In this document: in pieces, positions 18,763 to 28,707 of the stretch
Numbering within the stretch: position 1 is the first letter of the stretch
Layout: the number at the start of each line of letters is the position of its first letter
DNA from: Armatimonadota bacterium
GTDB taxonomy: Bacteria > Armatimonadota > HRBIN16
Reading direction: 5' to 3'
DNA: 64,000 nucleotides
NCBI GenBank assembly: GCA_963677485.1
Contig: OY781964.1
Coordinates: 3,744,001-3,808,000, forward strand
The notes under the pieces: generated by a model
The model's input: only the letters and a program-made list of their open reading frames with translations
Database searches by the model: none
Told to the model about the DNA's origin: nothing
Made by a program: the position numbers and the translations under genes

Positions 18763-20226
18763 ATGCCGCTCACACAAACGCCCTTCTATACACACCGATC
18801 CTGTTATGTGAACTTCGCGGAGCATCTGCAAAACAGTTGGAATGTGAACATGCTTTACCCCCAGGCCCCGAACCGATGGGAGCTTGAGGATTGGCGGCAG
18901 TTTCTGACCATGATCAAAGCGTTTGGATACAACTGCTTTGAATACTGGATTCCGCCCACGATGTTTCAAGAGGCTGCGCTAACTGGCGAAGGTCGTTACG
19001 GCATGTTCGCGGATACGATGCGGAGGGTGACGGAACTAGCGCATGAGCTGGGCTTGAAGACCAAAGCGGGTGCCATCCCGAACTGTCTGGGTGCCGATTG
19101 GTATTTCGCCTGCCTCAACGATAAGGCCGACCGCGAGCGGATCATGAAACTCTGGTCGCACTGGTGTCAGCAGCTTTCGGGAACGGACATCATCACCATC
19201 TTTCCAGGTGATCCTGGAGGCTGTAACCGCAACGGCTGCGATCATGAGACCTTCATAGAGCTAGCGTTGAATCTCACAGAAGTCTCACGAAAATACCTGC
19301 CGGATTGCGGTTTTGAGCTCAACACCTGGGGAACCCCGTTCTCAGGATGGGGCAGCGACCTGCGGCACACCCCAGGCTGGGACGGCAGTTGGGCGATGCT
19401 GACCAGCTGCGAGCACGACACTCCTGAAACCCCCTGCCACATCTGGAACGGTGACCCTGAACGCGCGGAGCGTGCGATGAGTTATCTGCTGCGACGTCTA
19501 CCCGAGTTCCCTCAGGAGACGATGGTGGCGATAAACCTTGGGTTCAGTCCTGACGGCGATATGTTGATGGGCGGCGACGCTCGCGGATATGCACGGGAAA
19601 TCGCAGCCATCCGCCCGATTGTGACGTGGGACTACTCGCTGTGCGAGGGTGAGCTGATCAACTACCCGCACTGGCGGCTGCCTCGCATGGCTGCCCGCCG
19701 ACGCGAGGAGCGGTCGGCTGCACCATACTCTGGCGGGATGTGCTACACCATGACCCCGAAGCTCAACCTACTATCTCTGTATGCGGGTGGGCAACTGCTG
19801 ATAAAACCCGATGCTGACCCCGACCAGCTCTCCAGGCAGTTTTGCGCGGATGTGTTTGGTGCAGAACATGCGGAACTGGGTGAGCTGTTTGAGGCGTTCG
19901 AGGTCGTGCAGGGATGGGGACATTATCCCCGGCACCAGTGGTCAAAACAGCAACTCCGCCTGAAATACCAGCAGATCATCGACCGACTTGAGGCTGTGAA
20001 GGCTCCGTCGGGTTGCTTGCCGATCTATCCTGCGTTCGATCAATATCGGTCTGATCTGCTGTGGTTTGCCCGAAAATTCTTGACGATGGCAGGCGACAAG
20101 CCCAACAGAGCGCAGATTGAGCAGGAATACTGGCAGCGCGCCTTGAATATCTATGATGTGATCGAGATGTCCGCGGACCCTCGCGCGCATCTTGCTGCAC
20201 AGAATTTCTCTTCAATACTGGCATAA
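18763..20226 (+). CDS. Hypothetical cytoplasmic protein, possibly glycoside-hydrolase-like (TIM barrel)
   Basis: 487-aa ORF with SD GGGAG. W..EDWRQFL..MIKAFGYNCFEYW and FPGDPGGC motifs. No signal peptide. Confidence 0.65.
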   Translation: MPLTQTPFYTHRSCYVNFAEHLQNSWNVNMLYPQAPNRWELEDWRQFLTMIKAFGYNCFEYWIPPTMFQEAALTGEGRYGMFADTMRRVTELAHELGLKTKAGAIPNCLGADWYFACLNDKADRERIMKLWSHWCQQLSGTDIITIFPGDPGGCNRNGCDHETFIELALNLTEVSRKYLPDCGFELNTWGTPFSGWGSDLRHTPGWDGSWAMLTSCEHDTPETPCHIWNGDPERAERAMSYLLRRLPEFPQETMVAINLGFSPDGDMLMGGDARGYAREIAAIRPIVTWDYSLCEGELINYPHWRLPRMAARRREERSAAPYSGGMCYTMTPKLNLLSLYAGGQLLIKPDADPDQLSRQFCADVFGAEHAELGELFEAFEVVQGWGHYPRHQWSKQQLRLKYQQIIDRLEAVKAPSGCLPIYPAFDQYRSDLLWFARKFLTMAGDKPNRAQIEQEYWQRALNIYDVIEMSADPRAHLAAQNFSSILA

Positions 20227-20249
20227 TCGGTGCCGTGGGAGCTCATATA

Positions 20250-21536
20250 GTGAAATACCAAATAGGAATGATGTTGGCTGTCGGACTGCTTGTCGCGACC
20301 GCGGCGTCAGCAAACCGGGTGACAGGTGATCAAAACATGCTTGAACTGTTCAAGTCGGATTCAAAGATACTCAATAAAGCACCAAAGATGTACGACAGCG
20401 ATGTGGCAAAACCTGTTGGTACGAAGTCATATGCATTCGATTCGATGTTTTATGACAGCCCACTGCGCGAGAAAGCGCTTGAGAGCGACGTGAAGGCCAT
20501 CTTCTACGACGGCCTTGAATATAAAGGTAAACCAACCCGTGTTTTTGCGTATCTGGGTATGCCGAAGGTGCCTGCGGGCACCAAGGTTCCGGGAATCGTG
20601 CTGGTGCATGGTGGCGGAGGCACCGCGTTTGAGGCTTGGGTGCGGTTGTGGAACGCGCGCGGCTATGCGGCGATCGCCATGGATAACTGCGGCACGGTAC
20701 CGGAGGGCGAGTATGGTAACTGGAAGGCTCATGACCACAGCGGGCCTGGTTGTAATGACACCTTCGGCAATATCGAACTGCCGGCCAAAGATAACTGGAC
20801 CTACCAGGCGGTCGCTACCGTGATGCTGGCCAACTCGCTGCTGCGCTCGCTGCCTGGTGTGGATCGTAACCGCATCGGTGTGACTGGCATATCCTGGGGT
20901 GGTTACCTCACCTGCATCACGGCTGGTGTGGATTCCCGCTTCAAATACGCGGTGCCGGTGTATGGCTGCGGTTTCCTCGGTGATAACTCCACCTGGCTAG
21001 ATACCTTCCAGGGGATGGGTGAGACGAACCGTGCCAAGTGGCTGTCGATGTGGGACCCCTCTGTGTATGTAGGACATGCGAAGATGCCCGTGCTCTGGGT
21101 GACCGGCACCAATGACTTTGCATACCCGATGGATTCCTTGCGCAAGACCTATCGACTGCTCGATGGAAAGGCGACGCTGTGCTTACGCATCGCGATGCCG
21201 CACGGCCATGGCGGAGCGGGGGAACGACCAGAGGAGATATACGCGTTTGCGAAGACCTTCTCTGAGAAGGGGTTGCCGCTGGCCAAAGTGAAGGCGACCC
21301 AACAAGATGCGAAACAGGCATGGAGTGAGTATACATCGAAATCGCCGATCAAAATCGCGGAGCTTGTGTATACCAAAGACACCGGCAAGTGGCCTGAACG
21401 CAAATGGGAGTCACTGCCTGCCAAGGTGGATTCTAAACGCGTGAGTGCGGAGCTTCCCGATGGCGTGAAGGTGTTCTATTTTAACCTGACCGATGAGCGC
21501 GGGCTCATCGTGAGCTCGGAGCATCTGGAGCTGTAG
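20250..21536 (+). CDS. Secreted alpha/beta hydrolase (acetylxylan-esterase/dienelactone-hydrolase-like)
   Basis: Signal peptide, VLVHGGGG oxyanion motif, GISWGG nucleophile elbow, GTNDFAY Asp and MPHGH His. Confidence 0.85.
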   Translation: MKYQIGMMLAVGLLVATAASANRVTGDQNMLELFKSDSKILNKAPKMYDSDVAKPVGTKSYAFDSMFYDSPLREKALESDVKAIFYDGLEYKGKPTRVFAYLGMPKVPAGTKVPGIVLVHGGGGTAFEAWVRLWNARGYAAIAMDNCGTVPEGEYGNWKAHDHSGPGCNDTFGNIELPAKDNWTYQAVATVMLANSLLRSLPGVDRNRIGVTGISWGGYLTCITAGVDSRFKYAVPVYGCGFLGDNSTWLDTFQGMGETNRAKWLSMWDPSVYVGHAKMPVLWVTGTNDFAYPMDSLRKTYRLLDGKATLCLRIAMPHGHGGAGERPEEIYAFAKTFSEKGLPLAKVKATQQDAKQAWSEYTSKSPIKIAELVYTKDTGKWPERKWESLPAKVDSKRVSAELPDGVKVFYFNLTDERGLIVSSEHLEL

Positions 21537-21703
21537 GACCGCAGCGTCGACTACCCAGGTAAAATCGGGATGATGTAGCACCGATTCCGCGACATAAATG
21601 TCTCGGCAATTGATCACCAAGACTGCTGAAGCTGTCTGAGATGGCGTGATCACCGTCGGTACGAAGTGTTACAGCCCGTTTTAACGGGCCTGTATGAAAC
21701 TTG

Positions 21704-21873
21704 GTTGGCTATGTCCGGGGCGGTCTGTCAGTACGCCTGCGAAGGCCACTGTCTATAGACCGCGCCGGTCTAGTTCCTGACACATATCTATCATGGCTAT
21801 CCGCCAGACCGGCGCGGTCTTGAGCCTTCTGCATCCGCTGGCCTACGTACAGACCGCCCCGGACATAGGCAAC
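21704..21873 (+). repeat. 170-bp nested palindromic element, copy 2
   Basis: GTTGGCTATGTCCGGGGCGGTCTGT...ACAGACCGCCCCGGACATAGGCAAC with the inner IR units. Confidence 0.9.
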
Positions 21874-22101
21874 GATTGGCTGCAATAGGGGCGAACAGCC
21901 ATTCGCATGTCACCTGTCACCTAAGTGTGGCGCGTGAGTTATAGTCCGGGCGGCCGTGCCAGCACGGGCGGTTGCTTGTTGTTCCATAGCCGAGACGTTA
22001 ATATTGCGGCGCGATGGAGTGGGTATTATTTATGCTTACTTTTCGACATGTTGACATTCCAGAATCCGAACGCTCAAGCCATGATAAAGGAACATACATC
22101 C

Positions 22102-24774
22102 ATGCCCACCAATGGTCATAAATATCTGAAACCCTATATCCACATCGGGTTCTCACTACTGGTCATGTGCCTATCGCTCGCTGCCGTATGCTCCGCGGAA
22201 CCTGCAGAGAAGACGACACCTTTACAGCCGCACGACGATCTCTATGCGCTGAAGATTGACCAAAACGCGGAGCCGGTGAACTGCCGCACGATGCCCTTCC
22301 TGGCGTGCGCACCTGACAAGCGTGGGCAGACCACTCGCACGCAGATCGGCTCCGAGGAGCGTATCCCTGTGGGTGCGACGGCCAGTCAGATATACCTTCT
22401 TGGCATGATCAACGACGGCTATGACTATGGCACGGGGCCCTGGATGGACCACCCTGAGCTAATCGCCAATCGCAACGACCAGCAGTATGTCGGCCAAAAT
22501 CTGGGCGAGATCGAGATCCGGTATGCTGACGGTAAGTCGGACCGCATCCCTTTCATCATGGGCGCGACCGCCTGGTTTGCTCAGTGGACCTATATGTATC
22601 AGGATCGTGTTATGGTCAGGGAGCCGTTCATCTCGCGGCCAGACTGCGCCCAGGCCTATGCCCGCAGCATGAAGCTTCGCGAAACTGCGAAAGGGGGCAA
22701 CTATCCCGGCCGATACGCGCTCTACTACCTGCCGGTGAAGCCCCGAGCTCAAGTGATCGAATCAATCATCGTTCGAGACAATCCGGCGACGCGTGGTGTG
22801 CCGTTGGTATCGGGAGTCACTCTGGCTGGAGCACATGCCAATAACAACCTGCAGTGGCTGGGCAAAAACAAGGTCGATGCGGAGGACCTGAAACCGACCG
22901 TTGACAGCACCAAAACCAGTGGATGGGCAAAAGACACGAACCGTCTGGCGGCTGCGTTGTATACCCAAGATTCGGATTTACCCAAAAAAGTGGAGCTGCT
23001 GCCATTTCCGAAAGGTCTGGATGCCACTCTCATCCAATTCAAGGGCGACCGTATGGCCGATATGCTCACCAATGTCTGGGTGGCCAACCTGACGCAGATC
23101 GACCGCAAATTCGACAGCAAGAGCGGCTTCTTTCAAGAGACCGAAGCGGACAGTCCGTGGTATAGCGGCTTGATCGGATACGGCGTGTGGGCACCCATCG
23201 GCATCTATTACGGCGGGGCATACGGGCGGAGCTCGGATCACTTTGTGACCCTGGCGCTGCGTGGCTTGAACAATGACCAACGCGCACAGAGCTATGTTGA
23301 CTACTGCGACAGCCGGCTGTACTACTACCGAACCAATCGTGACCCTGACAAGGGTCCGCTGAACGAAGCACTCGACATCACCAAATACCCCAAGGACGCG
23401 CCACCGCATTGGACCTTTGGGCTGCATGAGCAGTATAGCCTGCCGTTCCCTCTGAACGAAATACCGGGTGGTGAGGAGATGGAGGGGCATGGCTCCACCA
23501 TCGTGGGTCGATGGGCTGCCTGGCGGTTGCTCGGTGCGCCGAAGGGTGAGTGGCTGAACGCTCCACGTCCCGGGGTTTATGGCAAGAGTCGCTGGGATTC
23601 CTCGAAAGATGCAGCGGACTTCATCTGCTGGCTGATGGACTACACCGGTCGGGATGTGATCTACACCGAAGGCGAATCGGTGGGCTGGGCCGGACCTTAT
23701 CAGGTCTCGATACCTAAGGGCATGGCCACAGAGACTGACCCTGTGAAGATCAAGCAGAACTACGCCAACGCTGATATGTATTTGCCATATGCCAGCTACG
23801 TGAACTACTCTGCATTACGATGCTCTGCTAACATGGCGGATGCGGTGGGTGACACAACCTCGGCTGCGAAGTGGCGGTCGTATGCCAAGCGGCTGCGTGA
23901 CGGTATGGTGCGGCTGCTCAGGGCAGGGGATACCAACAACTTTACCTGGAAAATGAGCCCCTATTCGTGGTTTTCATCGCAGCAAGATTCGCTTGTGCAG
24001 GCCTGGTTTGCTCAATACCAAGACGGGCTGGATCCCAACAAGTTCGATGCAGAGATGACCGCAATCACCCGCAACACGTTAAAGCAGCAACTATCACAGC
24101 CGTACGGCAAAGCGGCGGTATTGGCCATGGGCTACGGTCAAGGCTGGCTGACACAGTCGGCTTTGGTCTTGGACGACATGGACGCCTCTGGGCCGTTACT
24201 GACCAACATCGCGCGCTTTTCGTATGACAAGAACATGGACTACGTGGATGCCAAACGGGGCATCGACTGGCGAAAGTGGCTGTGGCTGATACCGGAAGGC
24301 ACCAATCTGCTGCCGAACGGGATGTGGCACAGGGTCAGTGATCTGTCCAATGGCGCGAACCAGGGCCCACCCATGCACGCGATAAATAGCTGTGCTGGGG
24401 TGGATGACCTTGACCCTTCTAATATCAAGATACTGCCGCGGGTTCCCGAGCCGATGACGGGCATCAAGGTATCCAACTACTTCGTGATGCTGCCTGAGTG
24501 TGATAAGCTGGTCAAGAGCCGCCTGGCGTTTGAGTTCACACGGCCTGGGCTGTTTACGATGCAGTGTGATCGCGAAATTCCAGAGCTGTCTGTGCGCCTG
24601 GGACCCTTCGACGAGGCCACCGCGAGACGTCGGCTGGAGACGGGTAAACGCCCTCTGGGCAGCACCGTGCGGCTGGATCGCTCGGGCACGTGGCATGGGA
24701 AGGACGCCTGGTGGATCTGGGTGGAGGGCATCAAGCAGGCGCGGTCGGTCGAACTGGATTTTGGGAAAGACTAA
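22102..24774 (+). CDS. Large secreted hypothetical protein, possibly an (alpha/alpha)6 glycosidase
   Basis: Signal-peptide-like N-terminus after SD AAAGGA. E.EGHG, Y..LR..A.MADAVGD...A.KWR..A.RL helical pattern. Confidence 0.65.
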   Translation: MPTNGHKYLKPYIHIGFSLLVMCLSLAAVCSAEPAEKTTPLQPHDDLYALKIDQNAEPVNCRTMPFLACAPDKRGQTTRTQIGSEERIPVGATASQIYLLGMINDGYDYGTGPWMDHPELIANRNDQQYVGQNLGEIEIRYADGKSDRIPFIMGATAWFAQWTYMYQDRVMVREPFISRPDCAQAYARSMKLRETAKGGNYPGRYALYYLPVKPRAQVIESIIVRDNPATRGVPLVSGVTLAGAHANNNLQWLGKNKVDAEDLKPTVDSTKTSGWAKDTNRLAAALYTQDSDLPKKVELLPFPKGLDATLIQFKGDRMADMLTNVWVANLTQIDRKFDSKSGFFQETEADSPWYSGLIGYGVWAPIGIYYGGAYGRSSDHFVTLALRGLNNDQRAQSYVDYCDSRLYYYRTNRDPDKGPLNEALDITKYPKDAPPHWTFGLHEQYSLPFPLNEIPGGEEMEGHGSTIVGRWAAWRLLGAPKGEWLNAPRPGVYGKSRWDSSKDAADFICWLMDYTGRDVIYTEGESVGWAGPYQVSIPKGMATETDPVKIKQNYANADMYLPYASYVNYSALRCSANMADAVGDTTSAAKWRSYAKRLRDGMVRLLRAGDTNNFTWKMSPYSWFSSQQDSLVQAWFAQYQDGLDPNKFDAEMTAITRNTLKQQLSQPYGKAAVLAMGYGQGWLTQSALVLDDMDASGPLLTNIARFSYDKNMDYVDAKRGIDWRKWLWLIPEGTNLLPNGMWHRVSDLSNGANQGPPMHAINSCAGVDDLDPSNIKILPRVPEPMTGIKVSNYFVMLPECDKLVKSRLAFEFTRPGLFTMQCDREIPELSVRLGPFDEATARRRLETGKRPLGSTVRLDRSGTWHGKDAWWIWVEGIKQARSVELDFGKD

Positions 24775-25992
24775 GTGAGCATGGTGACTCGCACCCCCTG
24801 GGCGGCGGCGGTGCAGCTGCAGCTTGGTCTGGTGATCGCCTGTGCGGCTTTCAACCCGCTGCTGCAGCCGCTGATGGCGAAAGCGTTAAGCCCCTGGAAT
24901 TGGCTGCTGCTTGGTCTGCTGGTGCTGGTTTGCCTGGTATTTGGGTATCTGTGTGCCTCGAAGCCGATCGTGCGCTGGCTGAGCGGGACGCCGTTCGCGG
25001 TGGTCAGCCTGCTGCTGATGTGCCTGCTGGGATTAATTGGCACGATGGTGCTTCAAAAGCCCGAGCTGGGTGGTTTGGCAGCCAGAATCGGCTTGAGGGA
25101 TGTGTTTCACTCCGCGCCCTTCTTTATCGCCTCGTTGATGGCCTTGCTGAACCTGAGCCTGGTGGTTGGACGCAGAATAGCGCAGCCAAAGCCGGGTAAT
25201 GGCGCTTTCTTATGCAACCACATCGGCATGGTGCTGGTGCTGTTGGGCATGATGGCGCAACCCGGTGCGATGCAGGAGGGGATGCTGCAGCTCCATGAAA
25301 GGGAACAGAGTCGTCAGATCATCAGCAAGACTGGCACCACGATGAACCTGCCGGACGCGATGAGCTTGGAAAAGTTCACCGTAAAGCATTACCCACCGAA
25401 GTTGATCATCGGTGAGATGACGGATAGAGGTCCCGCCGATGGGGAGATGGATCCGAAGTGGGCGAATGAGCTGCATACCTATCGTGCACAGGGAATCAGT
25501 GTGACGATACACCAGTATCTGGCGTCTGCGGTGCCCGATGTGCCTCAAGACTGGCGTGATGGAGAGGGTGGGGTGCCCGCGGTCAAGTTGTCCATATCGG
25601 ATGCATCCGGGCAGCAAGGTGACATCTGGCTGGCTCTGACGCCGCAAGCATCGGGCGAGGAGGCACAGGATGCTGTGCTGGTGGGAGAGAACCACTTTGT
25701 GCAGCTCAGCCAGGCTGTTCCCAAGCTGTTCCGCTCCGATCTGCTGGTCAAGCCTGTCGATAAGCCGAAGTATCGGGTCACGTTGGAAGTCAACAAACCA
25801 CTCAGTATGGATGGTTGGATGCTATATCAAAGCTCTTGGGGTGAGGACCAGTTCGGCCGTTATTCGGTGATCATGGCGGTGAAAGATCAGACGGTGCCCG
25901 TGGTTTTCACCGGTCTGGGCATGATGGTGGTCGGTGCCTTCTGGGCACTGTGGAGCCGGCGCGTGATGGCCAGTGTGGAGGTGTCGGCATGA
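24775..25992 (+). CDS. ccsB: ResB/CcsB-like cytochrome c biogenesis protein
   Basis: TM helices with LIGT..Q, DVFHS..F and FLCNHIG, followed by LEVNKPL..DGW.LYQSSW and KD...PVVFTG. Confidence 0.8.
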   Translation: MSMVTRTPWAAAVQLQLGLVIACAAFNPLLQPLMAKALSPWNWLLLGLLVLVCLVFGYLCASKPIVRWLSGTPFAVVSLLLMCLLGLIGTMVLQKPELGGLAARIGLRDVFHSAPFFIASLMALLNLSLVVGRRIAQPKPGNGAFLCNHIGMVLVLLGMMAQPGAMQEGMLQLHEREQSRQIISKTGTTMNLPDAMSLEKFTVKHYPPKLIIGEMTDRGPADGEMDPKWANELHTYRAQGISVTIHQYLASAVPDVPQDWRDGEGGVPAVKLSISDASGQQGDIWLALTPQASGEEAQDAVLVGENHFVQLSQAVPKLFRSDLLVKPVDKPKYRVTLEVNKPLSMDGWMLYQSSWGEDQFGRYSVIMAVKDQTVPVVFTGLGMMVVGAFWALWSRRVMASVEVSA

Positions 25993-26795
25993 GCGCCCAT
26001 GGGCCATTCGGCTTGATCGGCTCTGTTCTGCTGGTTTTGTGGCTGCTGGCGTTAGTAGGCTACGCTCTGCCCGTCAAACCCTGGCTGCAGCGTGCGGGTG
26101 CCATCGCCTTTGCCACAGGCGGAGTGGTGGTCTGGGGGTATCTGGGCTGGCTGTGGAAGGTGCTGGAGCGGCTGCCGATGCGCACTCAAGGCGAGACGCG
26201 GCTCTGGTACATGGCGTTCCTGGTGTTGATGGGGCTGGCCATACAGGCCCGGTGGCGGTCACGGGTGCTGGTGGCACCGGCGATTGTGATGACCATGGTG
26301 TTCCTGATCATCACGATGCTCCACCCGGAGAGCCTGGACAAAACGCTGATGCCCGCCTTGAACAGCCCCTGGTTTGCTCCGCATGTGATCGTGTATATGA
26401 TGGCCTATGCGGCCCTGGGCACGGCGGGAGCCGTGTCGGCCTGGGCCTTGATTGTGCTGAAGCGCCGCGGAGCACAAGAAGGTACCGCTCTGGAGCAGAT
26501 GGCACGCAGCCTGGTTTATGTGGGTTTCCCCTTGCTGACCACAGGATTTATCCTGGGGGCGTTCTGGGCGAAGGTCGCCTGGGGCCACTACTGGAGCTGG
26601 GACCCGAAAGAGACCTGGGCGTTCCTCACCTGGGCGGTGTATCTGGCCTACCTACACCTGGACCGCGCCAAGCTGCTCACTACGAAGCTCAGTCTGTGGG
26701 TGGTGTTTGGTGCGTTCATGGTGCTGCTGGTCTGCTGGTTTGGCGTCACCATCCTGCCCAACGCGGCCAGCAGTGTGCATATCTACAGCCAGTAG
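25989..26795 (+). CDS. ccsA: CcsA/ResC cytochrome c synthase (system II)
   Basis: LMPALNSPWFAPHV, WWD motif WAKVAWGHYWSWDPKETW, AYLHL and C-terminal SVHIY. ATGA overlap with ccsB. Confidence 0.93.
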   Translation: MSAHGPFGLIGSVLLVLWLLALVGYALPVKPWLQRAGAIAFATGGVVVWGYLGWLWKVLERLPMRTQGETRLWYMAFLVLMGLAIQARWRSRVLVAPAIVMTMVFLIITMLHPESLDKTLMPALNSPWFAPHVIVYMMAYAALGTAGAVSAWALIVLKRRGAQEGTALEQMARSLVYVGFPLLTTGFILGAFWAKVAWGHYWSWDPKETWAFLTWAVYLAYLHLDRAKLLTTKLSLWVVFGAFMVLLVCWFGVTILPNAASSVHIYSQ

Positions 26796-26806
26796 AGTCG
26801 AGTAAA

Positions 26807-27010
26807 TTACTTTCCGTTGGTCAAACCCTTGAAAGTGCCTCTGACGGTTGTTTTAGTCACTTTATTTTTAAGACCGATGTAGATCGCGGTACCCGATGTG
26901 GTTCCAGTCACTGTATTCCCCTGCGGTTTTACGATAACTCGCAAAATGAGGTTTACTGATCCACCGCCCGCTTTGTCGTAGTTGCCGGCAAATGCACCGC
27001 TGACTATTCC
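26807..27010 (-). pseudogene. Start-less 67-codon frame, probable 3' gene remnant
   Basis: Reads GIVSGAFAGNYDKAGGGSVNLILRVIVKPQGNTVTGTTSGTAIYIGLKNKVTKTTVRGTFKGLTNGK*. In frame directly after the TAA of 27011..28618. Confidence 0.4.
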
Positions 27011-28618
27011 TTACTTGGTGGATTTGACGAACTCGAAGCTATAAAGGGATGCGCTCTTTAGAGTGAAACGGAACTTCACGCTCCGCCCGGCCAAACCCTT
27101 TAGGCTGCGCGAGCCGCGCCAAGAAAGCTTGGCAGCCAGGTAGTCGCCCTTCTTGATCGCAACAGAGTCCTTTACCGTGTAGCGTGCAATTGGTGTGCCA
27201 CTCGGATCCAGCATCTCCACCTTCACTGAACCTCCCGCCGCCACCACAGTATTAAGCCGAAGCTCAGCGTTCGCCGGCACCTGAAGCGCCGGAGTAGTCC
27301 AAATACCGACTTGCCCAGGCTGATCTGCGATCGCAATGAAGCCGTCGACTCTCATCTGCGTAATGTATGTGGTCATGGAGCGGGTCTTCTCATCCTTACC
27401 ACCATACGAGTTGTGCGGGAAGTCGCGGTACGAATAGAAGAACCAGAGCTTCCCTCCCTGCTCCACCAGAGGCTCCATGAAGATCATGTCGCCGTCCGCC
27501 TCGAAATTGGGGTTGTGACGGGTAAGGGCTATAAGGGATGCACCCTTCGTCTCGGGGTCCGCAAACCAGGTCCTGCTGTCGCGGCTGTAGAGCAACTGAG
27601 GATAGATCGGTCCACTGATCCCCAACGTCTCCGTCCACGAGCTATTGTGGTTATCCCGAGGAGCGTGGAATACGTTGGGTGTAGCGATGAACTGACCGTG
27701 GTAGGCCACGATATTGGTCATATATATGTCATCGCAGTTCTCAGTGATGGGACTATAGAGGAGATTGGGCTTCAGATTATACTCCAGGGGTGCGTTGAGC
27801 AGACCTTTGATAGTTGCTGAACGTTTAGTGGCGCCGCCGCGATATTCGGTCGTGCCCGCGCCAGGGGCTGGACTGCCCGATGCGTTGTACCAATAGCGCA
27901 CCGTGAGGACATACTTCCGCTCTGCGGCGTCCCAGTATATCTGGTTACCACCATCCAGCGCGTAGGCCTTAGTACTGGGCTCGTTGAAGACCAGCACTGG
28001 GGCCGAGAAGTTGATGCCATCTGGCGATGTTTGCACGTAAAGGCGATGGAATGTAGGATCATCGGAATGCCTACTGAGGCACAGATAACGTTCATAGCTC
28101 AGGGCGTTCGGATTCGGGTTAAAATATCCCGTGTCATGATGAACGATGTTGTTCGGCTCAGGGGTGTGGCTGTCGCCCTTGGGGTTCAGAACTGGCTTCT
28201 TCCAGCGGATGCCGTCGCTGCTTTCCGCATAAGACCAGCATATACTGCCATCGACTCGGCTCTTCAGCATGTACCACCAGCGCCATGGGTGTTTCGGATA
28301 CTGGCCGGAATATACTGTGGGGTCGTACGATACCTGACCGTGATTACGGAAGTACCAGTCCTTCTCACAATTTGCCTTGTCCAGGGTCACCAGCGGCCCT
28401 GCGTAAGTCGCTTGACCCACCACGATGCGCGTATTGGTCATCTCCGCGCGCAGCGTCGGATCGGCAGCAAGATACCGTATCCCGATCGCCTGGTCGGACG
28501 TGCGCTCAGGCACCGAAGCGGATGTGCAGCTTGCCACCAGGAAGAGAATACAGGTAGACAGGCATACCGCAGTCGCCGTAACTGGTCTCATAAATACGAT
28601 CATTCTGCTCAGCGGCAT
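27011..28618 (-). CDS. Secreted five-bladed beta-propeller glycosidase-like protein (GH32/43 clan-like)
   Basis: Signal peptide, YAESSDGIRW.KP.L and TSPDGINF Asp-box-like motifs, QL.YSRD..W, R.DGF, LRLN..G.V.VE.LD and FRF.L..A.LYSF C-terminal domain. Confidence 0.7.
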   Translation of the reverse strand: MPLSRMIVFMRPVTATAVCLSTCILFLVASCTSASVPERTSDQAIGIRYLAADPTLRAEMTNTRIVVGQATYAGPLVTLDKANCEKDWYFRNHGQVSYDPTVYSGQYPKHPWRWWYMLKSRVDGSICWSYAESSDGIRWKKPVLNPKGDSHTPEPNNIVHHDTGYFNPNPNALSYERYLCLSRHSDDPTFHRLYVQTSPDGINFSAPVLVFNEPSTKAYALDGGNQIYWDAAERKYVLTVRYWYNASGSPAPGAGTTEYRGGATKRSATIKGLLNAPLEYNLKPNLLYSPITENCDDIYMTNIVAYHGQFIATPNVFHAPRDNHNSSWTETLGISGPIYPQLLYSRDSRTWFADPETKGASLIALTRHNPNFEADGDMIFMEPLVEQGGKLWFFYSYRDFPHNSYGGKDEKTRSMTTYITQMRVDGFIAIADQPGQVGIWTTPALQVPANAELRLNTVVAAGGSVKVEMLDPSGTPIARYTVKDSVAIKKGDYLAAKLSWRGSRSLKGLAGRSVKFRFTLKSASLYSFEFVKSTK

Positions 28619-28707
28619 GTTTCCTTCCAACGTGGTTTGTTAGGTGCTTTGTGAGTAGGGTTCCTTAATGCCACGAATAAGACGACCAATATCGAATGCT
28701 GTTTACG

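Noticed and set aside
25973-26959. 328-aa alternative-frame ORF over ccsA, and other long shadow ORFs (e.g. 8551..9348, 46551..47444, 28696..29289)
   Set aside because: They overlap well-supported genes, lack motifs, and are expected in GC-rich DNA.
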